Part shown: piece by piece, positions 1 through 8,766 of the stretch
Position numbering within the stretch: the first letter of the stretch is position 1
Layout: each line of letters begins with the position of its first letter
Origin: Thermomicrobiales bacterium
GTDB taxonomy: Bacteria; Chloroflexota; Chloroflexia; Thermomicrobiales; UBA6265
Length of the DNA: 64,000 bases
Reading direction: 5' to 3'
Assembly: GCA_041390825.1 (NCBI GenBank)
Contig: JAWKPF010000004.1
Coordinates: 129,088-193,087 of the forward strand
The notes under the pieces: model-generated
The model's input: the letters and a program-made list of their open reading frames with translations, nothing else
What the model was told of the DNA's origin: nothing
The model's database searches: none
Program-made: the position numbers and the translations under genes

Positions 1-1
1 C

Positions 2-379
2 GCGGCGCGACGAGCGGCCGCGTTTTCCATCGCGGCCGGGGCCGGCGCGGTGTTCGGGGTGCTCAGCGCATTCTTCAACGGGTATGTCGGTCCGGGAACG
101 CTCGACTGGCGGCTCTCGGCCCAGTTCCTGTTGTCGGTGGTGATCGGAGGAGCGGGATCGCTCTGGGGACCGTTCATGGCCGGGGGCGGACTGCATATTC
201 TCAAGACCTACATCACTGGTCAAACGCAGTATTGGCCGATGCTGCTCGGGGCGCTCTACGTTATTGCCGTGGTGGCGTTGCCCGGTGGCATTGCCTCGAT
301 TCCCGCCATCATCCGCAACCGGCGTAACCGCTCGGTCCCACCGGTTCCCGGTCCGAGCAACGCGGTGCCGACCGAATGA
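2..379 (+). CDS. Branched-chain amino acid ABC transporter permease (LivM-type), C-terminal fragment cut by the window edge
   Basis: The frame is open to the window start. Hydrophobic C-terminus (GGAGSLWGPFMAGGGL...ALPGGIASIP). ATGA stop/start overlap with the next ATPase gene. Confidence 0.7.
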   Translation, partial: AARRAAAFSIAAGAGAVFGVLSAFFNGYVGPGTLDWRLSAQFLLSVVIGGAGSLWGPFMAGGGLHILKTYITGQTQYWPMLLGALYVIAVVALPGGIASIPAIIRNRRNRSVPPVPGPSNAVPTE

Positions 380-1128
380 GCGCCGTGCCGCAAACCGCGC
401 TGGCGGTTCAGAAGCTGACGGTCCGTTTCGGCGGCATCGTGGCGCTGTCCGAGGTCGATTTGACCGTGCGCCAGGGGAGCCGGCACGGCATTCTCGGTCC
501 CAACGGATCGGGAAAGACGACGCTCTTCAACAGCATTTCCGGGCTCAACACTCCGAGCGGCGGGACGATCACCTTGCTCGGGAGCGATGTGACCCGGCAA
601 CCGGCACGCAACCGGGCACGGATGGGCTTGGCGCGGACGTTCCAGATCACGTCGCTCTTCCCGTCCCTGACCGTGCGCGAGAACGTGGCGATGGCCACGC
701 GCATGGCCGACAACGTGGCCGGGAGCTGGTGGACGCCGGTCATGGACCAAACGCAGGCGAACACCGATGCCGACGCCATGCTGGAGCGGCTCCACATCGC
801 GCATCTGGGGTGGAGAACGGTGCGCTCGCTCGGGTATGGGGAGCAACGGCAGCTGGAGATCGCCATGGCGCTGGCCACCCGCCCATCAGTGTTGTTGCTC
901 GACGAGCCGACCGCTGGTCTCTCGAACGCCGAGACCGCCGCGTTGACCGATCTGGTGCGCACCTTCCCCGCCGATCTGACGGTGCTCATCATCGAGCACG
1001 ATCTCGGCGTGATCTTCGATCTCACCGACCAGCTCACCGTGTTGCAGAACGGCGTGGTGATCGCCAATGGACTGTCCGAGGTCATCCGCGAGGATCCGAT
1101 CGTGAAGGAGGTCTACCTTGGCCGGTGA
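376..1128 (+). CDS. livG: Branched-chain amino acid ABC transporter ATP-binding protein LivG-like
   Basis: Walker A GPNGSGKTT and Walker B LLLDEPTAGL. H-loop IEHD. LivG-type C-terminal tail (IREDPIVKEVYLG). Confidence 0.9.
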   Translation: MSAVPQTALAVQKLTVRFGGIVALSEVDLTVRQGSRHGILGPNGSGKTTLFNSISGLNTPSGGTITLLGSDVTRQPARNRARMGLARTFQITSLFPSLTVRENVAMATRMADNVAGSWWTPVMDQTQANTDADAMLERLHIAHLGWRTVRSLGYGEQRQLEIAMALATRPSVLLLDEPTAGLSNAETAALTDLVRTFPADLTVLIIEHDLGVIFDLTDQLTVLQNGVVIANGLSEVIREDPIVKEVYLGR

Positions 1129-1135
1129 GACGCCC

Positions 1136-1849
1136 ATGTTGTCGATCGCCGATGTGCAGGTCTACTACGGTATGAGCCATGTCCTGCATGGCGCGACGCT
1201 CGATGTGCCGCGTGGCCAGGTGACCGCGCTGGTGGGGCGCAACGGTGTCGGGAAGACGACGCTGGTCAATGCGATCGCCGGGCTGGTTCCGGTGCAGCGT
1301 GGGGCGATCGAACTTGGCGAGACCGATCTGACCAAGCTTCCTGCCACCGCGCGCCGGGGACTGGGTGTCGGGCTGGTGCCGCAGGGACGCCGCATCTTTC
1401 GCAATCTCACGGTGGAAGAGCATCTGGAACTGGCTCCGAAGTCGGCCAGCAACCCCTTTTCCCGCGCCTGGATCTACGAGACTTTTCCCCGGCTGGAAGA
1501 ACGGCGCACCTCGATGGCGAGCAATCTCTCCGGCGGCGAGCAGTCGATGCTCGCCATCAGCCGGGCGCTCACCATCAATCCCCGGTTGCTCATCATGGAC
1601 GAACCGACCGAGGGGTTGGCGCCGCTTCTGGTCGAAACGGTGCGCCAGGTGATCGAGCGGCTGCGGGAACAGCAGTTGACGGTGTTGCTTGTGGAGCAGA
1701 ACCTGCACTTCGCGCTCGATGTGGCCGACCGGGTGGCGGTGATGGACCGGGGGAGCATCGAGCATCTCTTCACACGGGACGAGATCACCGATGTGGCGCA
1801 GCTCGGCGACCTCATCATCTCGGGCGAGGCCGACTTGCCGGGTGCGTAG
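1136..1849 (+). CDS. livF: Branched-chain amino acid ABC transporter ATP-binding protein LivF-like
   Basis: Walker A GRNGVGKTT, signature LSGGEQ, Walker B LLIMDEPTEGL. I prefer ATG 1136 (MLSIADVQVYYG) over the track's TTG at 1118. Confidence 0.9.
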   Translation: MLSIADVQVYYGMSHVLHGATLDVPRGQVTALVGRNGVGKTTLVNAIAGLVPVQRGAIELGETDLTKLPATARRGLGVGLVPQGRRIFRNLTVEEHLELAPKSASNPFSRAWIYETFPRLEERRTSMASNLSGGEQSMLAISRALTINPRLLIMDEPTEGLAPLLVETVRQVIERLREQQLTVLLVEQNLHFALDVADRVAVMDRGSIEHLFTRDEITDVAQLGDLIISGEADLPGA

Positions 1850-2030
1850 TCGTAAGTTGCCGGTCGTCAGTCGTCAGCAGCCGGTTGGCGATGTCGGCCG
1901 TGCGTACGGCCGGGTCAATCTGCTGTGGGTGCTCTTTTCTGCTGCGCACCTGTCCCAGCTTGGACTGAAGGTTTCGTCATGGGCCAGTGCTTCCCGGTGG
2001 TCACGGGAGCGATTGTTCGCGGCGCTCAAG

Positions 2031-2600
2031 ATGGCCATCGTGGGGGGAGGGGTTCTTGCGCTGGTGACGGCGTTGCTCTGCGTGCCGCCGATCCGCGCGG
2101 CCGACGCAACGCCGGCGGCGTTCGATACCGATCCAGCCAGGTGCGTTGTCGAACCGCGATCGCTGGATGACCTGGAACGCATCGTGGCGAGCGCGACGCC
2201 CGCCGTGCCAGTGGGACGCCCGCCATCCGGAGATTGGATCGACCCTTCGTCAGATTCCGGACGGGCGGCGGTCGCGACGATCGAGACGTTCTTCGCCTGC
2301 CTCAATGCCGGTGACCGGTTGCGCGCCTACGCGCTTGCCACCGATGCCTACCTGGCCACGATTCTCCAACCTGGCGATCTTCCTGCGGTTGCCACGCCGC
2401 AACCGAACGACCCGGATGAGTTGACGCGCATCATCGCCATCGAGCTGCACACCCTCGTCGATGGCGGCATCATCGCCACGGTCACGCTCGATCCCGCCCT
2501 GATCCCGGTGGACAAGATCTTCGAGTTCGTTCTCATCCCGGTCGACGACGGTTGGAAAATCGACGCGGTCATCAACGAGATCGATTTCTCGCTTCCGTAG
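2031..2600 (+). CDS. Hypothetical secreted or membrane-anchored protein
   Basis: An internal ATG at 2031 gives an N-terminal hydrophobic segment (MAIVGGGVLALVTALLCVPPIRAADA). No recognisable domain. The upstream part of the 1791 ORF overlaps livF and looks non-coding. Confidence 0.4.
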   Translation: MAIVGGGVLALVTALLCVPPIRAADATPAAFDTDPARCVVEPRSLDDLERIVASATPAVPVGRPPSGDWIDPSSDSGRAAVATIETFFACLNAGDRLRAYALATDAYLATILQPGDLPAVATPQPNDPDELTRIIAIELHTLVDGGIIATVTLDPALIPVDKIFEFVLIPVDDGWKIDAVINEIDFSLP

Positions 2601-2662
2601 CAGGCAGCACGCGGCAGGCAGCAGTTAGTAGTCAGTAGTTAGTAGTCAGTGGTCAGGGGGCA
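2600..2662. repeat. Heptad-periodic spacer, about 9 units (GCAGGCA GCACGCG GCAGGCA GCAGTTA GTAGTCA GTAGTTA GTAGTCA GTGGTCA GGGGGCA)
   Basis: Read directly. G at every 7th base and CA at unit ends. Begins at the last base of the stop codon at 2598-2600. Confidence 0.85.
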
Positions 2663-2694
2663 GGTGTGGACGTCGGTGTTGGGGGATCATTTTG

Positions 2695-2817
2695 CTGGCA
2701 ACTGGCAACTGGCAACTGGCAACTGGCAACTGGCAACTGGCAACTGGCAACTAGCGACTGACAACTGGCGACTGGCGACTGGCAACTGACTGGCGACTGG
2801 CAACTGGAGACTGACTA
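2695..2817. repeat. Tandem heptanucleotide array: CTGGCAA x8 perfect, then about 9 degenerate units (CTAGCGA, CTGACAA, CTGGCGA ...)
   Basis: Read directly. Perfect units span 2695-2750 and degenerate units run to about 2817. The array lies upstream of the cytochrome c gene. Confidence 0.95.
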
Positions 2818-2948
2818 CTCATTTCGTGCTCGTTGCGTTGACATGATTCGCGCTGCGCGGCTACCCTTCGCCGCATCGACTGGCAACGGCATCGACGCGG
2901 ATGACTGCACGGCACTGTTCCGGAATTCCGGACGCGGATGGATTCTGA

Positions 2949-3434
2949 ATGCGGAAGCGTGGCTCGGTTCTGGCACTCACGTTACTTTCAGTGCTCATTG
3001 TGGTCGTTGCCTGTGGCCGCGCCAGCGAAGAGGACATCAACAAGGCGCTTGGCATCAAGCCGACCGCCACGTTGAGCGACGAGCAGATCGCCCAGGCAAC
3101 AGAATCGGCCGAAGCGGCAGCCTCGGCGATTGCCTCTGGCGCCACTCCTGTCGAATCCGGAATGCCGGTTGGCGATGTCCGCCTCGGACAACAGCAGTTC
3201 CAGTTCCAGTGCATGCAGTGCCATCAGCCGAGCGGCGCGGGTCAGGGCCCGGCGCTCACCACGGCCGATAGCCCGGCGATCGCGCTGACCGATCAGGAAA
3301 TCTTCGACATCGTCCGCACCGGCGAGGGGCATGGCACGCAAGCCGCGGTTTCTGAAGTCCGCGTCAACGACATGCAGCTCGCCAGCATCATCGCCTATAT
3401 CCGCGACCAGATCGCCACTGCCGAGGGAAGCTAG
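2949..3434 (+). CDS. Class I c-type cytochrome, probable lipoprotein
   Basis: Lipobox-like signal MRKRGSVLALTLLSVLIVVVAC. Single heme motif CMQCH. Distal Met candidate (VRVNDMQLASI). Confidence 0.75.
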   Translation: MRKRGSVLALTLLSVLIVVVACGRASEEDINKALGIKPTATLSDEQIAQATESAEAAASAIASGATPVESGMPVGDVRLGQQQFQFQCMQCHQPSGAGQGPALTTADSPAIALTDQEIFDIVRTGEGHGTQAAVSEVRVNDMQLASIIAYIRDQIATAEGS

Positions 3435-3590
3435 TCCGTAGTCGTCAGTCTCCAGTTGTCAGTACGGTGGGTTCGGGCACTGGTGACGGGGAGCTGAGCG
3501 CAGACGGCTTCGTATACTTGCCAGAACGAGCCGGCGACGCCTGAATGCGTTGCCGGATAGGTTGCGCGCGTCGGCAGGCAGGTTCCCGGT

Positions 3591-4625
3591 TTGGTCGTTT
3601 TCCCCATCATTGCGTTCGTCGTCAGTCTCTGCTGCATGGCAGTCATCGGTCGGGACACGCTGCGTCGCCGGCGTCCGGACCGGGTCGTCTGGACGATTGC
3701 GTTCGCGATCTTTGCCATCGCGGCCGGGTCGGAGGTGGTCGGATCGCTTTCGGGATGGACTCCGGCCATCGTGCGGGTCTATTACCTGACCGGCGCGGTG
3801 CTGGTGGTCGGGTTTCTGGCGCTGGGTGAGCTCTATCTGCTGGCCGGAAACAGGATCGCCAAGTTCGCTCCGGGGGCGGCCCTGCTCGTGACTGCGCTGG
3901 CGGCGACATTGGTGATCGATGCGCCGATCGATGAATCCATGCTGGCCGAGCATGGCTGGGAAGCACTGGAGCAAAGCGCCGGGCTGACCGCCATCACCAT
4001 GCTGCTGAACATCGGCGGCAGTGTCGTGCTCATTGGCGGGGCGCTCTGGTCGGCCTGGAAGTTCAGGAAGCTCGGCACGCAGCGCCGCCGCATGATCGGG
4101 TGCATTCTCATCGCGCTTGGCACCTTCGCGGTGGCCATGGGGGGCAGTCTCACCCGGCTTGGGCAGCGCGAGTATCTCTACATCGCCATGTCGATCGGTA
4201 TCGTGATCATCTTTTTCGGTGTGTTGGAAACGCGCCGCTCCGATCAGGATCCGAGCGGTCTGCGCGCTCTGCTGGGGCTCAACCGGTCCGGCGCCGAACG
4301 GGGCAAGATCGTGCCGTTGCAGCCAGCGGGGGTTGCGCGAAACACACGCGGCAATGACGCGCAAGCGCTCGACTATGTGGTGGAGCGATTGCTGCCGCTG
4401 GACGATGCCGCCATCGATCTCGATTGCCGGGGATGGAGCGTAACGCGCCGAAAGCTGGATATGCTCGACCGCGCGCAGGCGCAACAGGTGTGGAACCTGC
4501 GGACCCGGCTCGACCCCGCTTCGCAGCATCGCCTGGACGCGATGACGCCCGCCGCGCGGCTGCAACTGGCGGAACTCTATTTCGACGTCTTCTGCTCGTC
4601 CGCCAGTATGGACACGGCGGTCTGA
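3591..4625 (+). CDS. Hypothetical integral membrane protein with a soluble C-terminal region
   Basis: TTG start. About six hydrophobic segments in the first ~200 aa, then a charged C-terminal domain. No named family recognised. Confidence 0.45.
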   Translation: MVVFPIIAFVVSLCCMAVIGRDTLRRRRPDRVVWTIAFAIFAIAAGSEVVGSLSGWTPAIVRVYYLTGAVLVVGFLALGELYLLAGNRIAKFAPGAALLVTALAATLVIDAPIDESMLAEHGWEALEQSAGLTAITMLLNIGGSVVLIGGALWSAWKFRKLGTQRRRMIGCILIALGTFAVAMGGSLTRLGQREYLYIAMSIGIVIIFFGVLETRRSDQDPSGLRALLGLNRSGAERGKIVPLQPAGVARNTRGNDAQALDYVVERLLPLDDAAIDLDCRGWSVTRRKLDMLDRAQAQQVWNLRTRLDPASQHRLDAMTPAARLQLAELYFDVFCSSASMDTAV

Positions 4626-4668
4626 GCGATGGGGTGCGGGCTGCCAGCGGTGCGAGGACGTCCCTGAG

Positions 4669-5115
4669 ATGGCAGGGGTCTTCCAGCATCCGCTCACGCT
4701 GATCGTCCTTGCCCTCTCGCTGGTCGGCACACCGATTTCCTATCGAGGCGGCGCCTCCGACGCGCATGCGCATATGTTCGTGGAGTTCATGCTGGATGCC
4801 GCCAACGGGTCGTTCGGTCATCACCATGGTTCCGCGCAGGCGGAGTCGGATGCGGATGGGCACGACCATGGCCACGACCACGCCAGCGATGTTGCCGACG
4901 CCGAGGAACGGACGCCAACCGGCCAAGAGGCTGTCGTGGCGGATGCGTTTGGCCCTTCCTTCTCCGCGTTCGTCATTGGCGATGTTGGGCAGCTTGCGTC
5001 CGTTCTCCCATTGCGCGATCCCCCTCCGATCGTGAGGCGCGCGTTCGCCGTTTCCCCGTTCGGCAGCTTTCCGACCGGGCTGACGAGCGCCCCTGCCGCC
5101 CCGCCTCCCCGATAG
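4669..5115 (+). CDS. His/Asp-rich membrane-anchored hypothetical protein (candidate metal binder)
   Basis: N-terminal hydrophobic segment, then HAHMFVEFMLDAANGSFGHHHGSAQAESDADGHDHGHDH. No strong RBS. Confidence 0.35.
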   Translation: MAGVFQHPLTLIVLALSLVGTPISYRGGASDAHAHMFVEFMLDAANGSFGHHHGSAQAESDADGHDHGHDHASDVADAEERTPTGQEAVVADAFGPSFSAFVIGDVGQLASVLPLRDPPPIVRRAFAVSPFGSFPTGLTSAPAAPPPR

Positions 5116-5227
5116 TCGTTCCTGTCCGCAGCGCGGGAACGCTGCCACTGCAATCGACTCACCGACTCGCAGCATCGTTGCCCTGCCCATCCCGGGGAGG
5201 GTTGGTTCACACCAATGGAGACCTCAC

Positions 5228-5719
5228 ATGAATCGACGTTCATTCCTGCGTTCTGGCGCCCTGTTGCTCACCGCCGGCGCTCTCCTGGCTGGCAATGGTC
5301 TCGTCTCGGCGCACGAGCACCGCGAGGTTGGCGGCTATACCTTCGTCGTTGGCTTTCTGAACGAACCCGCCGTGCAAGGCGAAGTCAACGCCGTCAGCGT
5401 GCGCATCACCAAGGCCGCCCCGGCCGACGCCACTCCGGCCGCTGGCGAGGATGAGGTTGCCGAAGTCCCAGTGGAAGGGCTGGAGCTGACCGTGGAGGTG
5501 ATCCTTGGCGATCAGAAGGTGTCTTTGCCAATGGAGCCAAAGTGGGGCGATCCGGGCCACTATGTCGCCTATCTGATTCCCACCCAGCCGGGCGACTATT
5601 CGTTCCATGTGACCGGTGAGATCGAAGGGACGGCGATCGACGAAACCTTCACTGCCGGACCGGAAACCTTCTCGTCGGTCACCCCGCGCGAGGAGCTCGA
5701 ATTCCCGGCCGCGTCCTAG
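5228..5719 (+). CDS. TAT-exported hypothetical protein whose predicted mature N-terminus starts with His (HEH)
   Basis: Twin-arginine leader MNRRSFLRSGALLLTAGALLAGNGLVSA followed by HEHREVGG. GGAG RBS upstream. Sits directly upstream of copC. Confidence 0.55.
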   Translation: MNRRSFLRSGALLLTAGALLAGNGLVSAHEHREVGGYTFVVGFLNEPAVQGEVNAVSVRITKAAPADATPAAGEDEVAEVPVEGLELTVEVILGDQKVSLPMEPKWGDPGHYVAYLIPTQPGDYSFHVTGEIEGTAIDETFTAGPETFSSVTPREELEFPAAS

Positions 5720-5777
5720 CGGCTACCATCAACGGAGACCGGGGGTCGCGTGCCCCGGTCTCCCGCGAGGAGATCGA

Positions 5778-6404
5778 ATGTATCGAAATGCCGCTTGGCT
5801 TCGCTGGTTCGGCACGCTGGTCTGTGTGCTGGCTGTTCTCGGACTGGCGCAACCCGAACAAGCGCTGGCGCACGCTGTGCCGGAACGCGCCAATCCGCCA
5901 ATGAACTCAGCGGTGCCGGTGATGCCCAGCACGGTCGAGATCTGGTTCTCCGAGGACGTGAGCGCGGAGGGCGTCTCACTGACCGTCCTGAAGCTGGACG
6001 GCACGCAGGTCGATCGGGGGAACGCCGCGCTCGATCTGACGGATCCCACGCGCACGCGGGTGACGGTCGGTGTGCATCCCGGGTTGGACAACGGCGAGTA
6101 TCTGGTGCAGTGGACCGTGGTTTCGGCAGTCGATGGCGACAGCACCAGCGGAAGCTACCAGTTCATCGTCGACCCGGCCGCCTCACCTGTGGCGCTTCCC
6201 CAGGTGGCCACCCAGCAAGCGCCTGCTCAGTTGCCAGTGATCGATGCCGAGGGCAATCCGGTCCCGCAGGACGACAACCGGTTGCTCTACGGTATCGCCG
6301 CGGCCGTCACGGGCGCGGCGTTTCTCGGGTTGCTGGCGTTCTGGTTCTTCCGGCGCCCCTCCCGCGGGCGGCGCTGGAGCGACCGGCCGGTCGATCGCCT
6401 ATGA
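5778..6404 (+). CDS. copC: CopC-family periplasmic copper-binding protein with a C-terminal membrane anchor
   Basis: Signal peptide ending ALA followed by HAVPERANP. CopC-like strands (VEIWFSEDV, GEYLVQWTVVSAVDGDSTSGSYQF). C-terminal TM segment. GAGGAG RBS before ATG 5778. Confidence 0.8.
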   Translation: MYRNAAWLRWFGTLVCVLAVLGLAQPEQALAHAVPERANPPMNSAVPVMPSTVEIWFSEDVSAEGVSLTVLKLDGTQVDRGNAALDLTDPTRTRVTVGVHPGLDNGEYLVQWTVVSAVDGDSTSGSYQFIVDPAASPVALPQVATQQAPAQLPVIDAEGNPVPQDDNRLLYGIAAAVTGAAFLGLLAFWFFRRPSRGRRWSDRPVDRL

Positions 6405-8686
6405 GCCGCGCAATCGATTTCTCTGCGGCGACGGCTCGCCATGAGTGGCGCCGCCACGGAGCGGGGCTGTTCCTGCTGCTCGTGCTGCTGGCCGCGTTGC
6501 TGCCGGTGGAAACGTCGGCGCATGCCGCGTTCGATCGGAGCGATCCCCAGCCGAACACCATTCTGGCCGAGTCACCGGCGGAGATCCGCATCTGGTTCAC
6601 CGAACCGCTGGAAGCGGGCTACAACGAGGTGCGGGTCTTCGACCAGACTGGGCACGAGATTCCCAATCTGACGGTCGGGCCGGGTGACGGCGAGAAGTCG
6701 CTGGTTGCCACGTTGCCAGAACCATTGGTGAACGGCACTTATACCGTCGTCTGGCGGAACCTCTCCACGGCCGACGGCCACCCCGCGCAGGGGTATTTCA
6801 CCTTCACCGTGGGCACCCAGGCCGATGTCGCCTCGGTCACCATGCCCGTCATGGACGATTCCGCCGGCGCTCCGCTCTGGTTGCAATCGGCCGCGCGCTG
6901 GCTGGTGCTGCTGGCGCTGGCGGCAGCGATTGCGGTTTGGCCGGTCTGGTTGCTGGTGCTCTGGCCAGCCACCCGGCATGACGGCGCGCTCACCGCGGAA
7001 CTCGCCCAACGCGCCCAGACGTTGGGAACCGGCGCAGTGATCGGCGCGTTGCTGGCCAATCTGCTGGCGCTCGGTGTGCAAGCGACCAATCTGGACGGCG
7101 GATCGTTGCTTTCCCGGATCGGCGAGACCGTTTCCGATACCCGGTACGGCCGACTCTGGCTGGCGCGGGTCGGACTCTTGCTATTGATGGGCGTCGCGCT
7201 CCGATTTCTTCCCTGGCGCGATCCGATTCGACAATGGCCATCGACGGCGATCGGGCTGGTCATTGCGGCCCTCTTGCCGTTGCCGGTCAGCATGAACGCT
7301 CACGCGGCCGCGCTGGATGCAGGGCGCACCACTGCCATCGTCTTCGACTACGCGCACACTCTGAGCGCGTCGGTCTGGTTCGGCGGGTTGATCCTGCTGG
7401 GCGGGGTGCTGATCCGCGCATTGCGCGGCCAGATCGATCGCCGCGCGGTGTTGGCTCAGGCGCTGCCGCGGTTCTCCGCTATGGCGCTGGTCTGCTGGGG
7501 ATTGCTGGCGATCACCGGTCTCTACGCCTGGTGGCTCCAGGTGGGAAGCTGGGCGGCTCTGCGGGAGACGCAGTACGGCCAGTCGCTGCTGTTCAAACTG
7601 ATTCTGGTGGGGATCGTCTTCCTGATCGCTGGTCTGAATCTGTTGGTCATCACCCGCAAACTGGCGCGGGTCGATGCCATGGCGCAACCGCGCTGGTTCG
7701 GGCGCCTCGGGTATGCGGTGCTGGCCGAACTGGTGTTGACCACGCTCCTCCTGCTGGCGGTCGGCCGGATGACCAGTCTGCAACCGGCGCGCGATGTGCT
7801 GGCGGCCGAGCAATCCGGCCAGACGGTGCAATTCGATCTCGAGGGGCGCGATGTCACCCTGCAGATCGCGCCCGCCGCAGCCGGCCCGAATCACTTTCTG
7901 GTCACCATTCCGGGCGATCCGGCGCCGGATGGCACGGAGGCGCTCATCCGCTTCACCTATACCGGTGAGGATTTTGGCGTCAAGGAGGTCGAACTCGACC
8001 GTTCCGGACCAGCCACCTACGAAACCCATGGCAGCGAAATGGGCATTGCTGGCGAATGGGAACTCGAGCTCATCGTGCGGGAAATTGGGGAGTTCTCGTG
8101 GAGTGACACGCAGGTCATTTCCATTGGCGCCACCGGATCGGCTGCGCCGACACCGCCATGGCGTTTCGGCACTGGGGGCGCGATCGGGCTGCTGTTGCTT
8201 GGGATCGCGCTGGTCGGGTTCGTGGTCGCCTGGAGAGCTGGACGATCCCGCTTCCGCATGGAGAGCGCGGGACTGGCCGCTATTGCGACCGTGCTGGGGT
8301 TGATGCTCATGGCGCAGGCGCGCATCCAGCCAACGGTGGGATTCGATCCGGGGCTGACCAATCCCGTTGCCGCGACGAGTGGTTCGGTCACCCTGGGGCA
8401 GGAGCTCTATACGGCCAACTGTCTGGCCTGTCATGGCGCGGCTGGAGAAGGAGACGGTCCGGGAGGGGAAAACATGTTCCCGAAACCGGCCGATTTCACC
8501 GCCGCGCACACCAAGGTGCATCCAGACGGTCAGCTCTATGACTGGATCAAGAATGGCAAGGACGGCACCGAGATGCCGGCCTTCCCCCAGTTGACCGATG
8601 AGCAGATCTGGAACCTGATCAATTACCTCCAGGTCGAGTTCCAGGGGAAACCGATGGTCGAGGGAACACCGACCCCGGTGGAGTAG
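6401..8686 (+). CDS. Fusion protein: CopC domain, CopD-type polytopic membrane domain, YtkA/FixH-like beta domain (tentative), and a C-terminal c-type cytochrome domain
   Basis: ATGA overlap with the copC stop. TSA|HAAFDRSDP plus RIWFTEPL and TYTVVWRNLSTADGHPAQGYFTF (CopC). About 8 TM segments (CopD). CLACH heme motif at nt 8420-8434, followed by TEMPAF. Confidence 0.8.
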   Translation: MSRAIDFSAATARHEWRRHGAGLFLLLVLLAALLPVETSAHAAFDRSDPQPNTILAESPAEIRIWFTEPLEAGYNEVRVFDQTGHEIPNLTVGPGDGEKSLVATLPEPLVNGTYTVVWRNLSTADGHPAQGYFTFTVGTQADVASVTMPVMDDSAGAPLWLQSAARWLVLLALAAAIAVWPVWLLVLWPATRHDGALTAELAQRAQTLGTGAVIGALLANLLALGVQATNLDGGSLLSRIGETVSDTRYGRLWLARVGLLLLMGVALRFLPWRDPIRQWPSTAIGLVIAALLPLPVSMNAHAAALDAGRTTAIVFDYAHTLSASVWFGGLILLGGVLIRALRGQIDRRAVLAQALPRFSAMALVCWGLLAITGLYAWWLQVGSWAALRETQYGQSLLFKLILVGIVFLIAGLNLLVITRKLARVDAMAQPRWFGRLGYAVLAELVLTTLLLLAVGRMTSLQPARDVLAAEQSGQTVQFDLEGRDVTLQIAPAAAGPNHFLVTIPGDPAPDGTEALIRFTYTGEDFGVKEVELDRSGPATYETHGSEMGIAGEWELELIVREIGEFSWSDTQVISIGATGSAAPTPPWRFGTGGAIGLLLLGIALVGFVVAWRAGRSRFRMESAGLAAIATVLGLMLMAQARIQPTVGFDPGLTNPVAATSGSVTLGQELYTANCLACHGAAGEGDGPGGENMFPKPADFTAAHTKVHPDGQLYDWIKNGKDGTEMPAFPQLTDEQIWNLINYLQVEFQGKPMVEGTPTPVE

Positions 8687-8766
8687 TTCCCTGTTCCGGA
8701 GCCTTCATGACGGTCGTTGCCGTTCGATCCATGCGTCGTCGCGGGCCGCAGTGCCTGTCAGGGGTG

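Noticed and set aside
5750-6400. N-terminal 217 codons of the 978-aa ORF (5750-8686) as part of the CopC-CopD gene
   Set aside because: This part overlaps copC in another frame and is Arg/Gly-rich nonsense. The ATG at 6401 in an ATGA overlap with the copC stop gives a proper signal peptide, so the gene is called 6401-8686.
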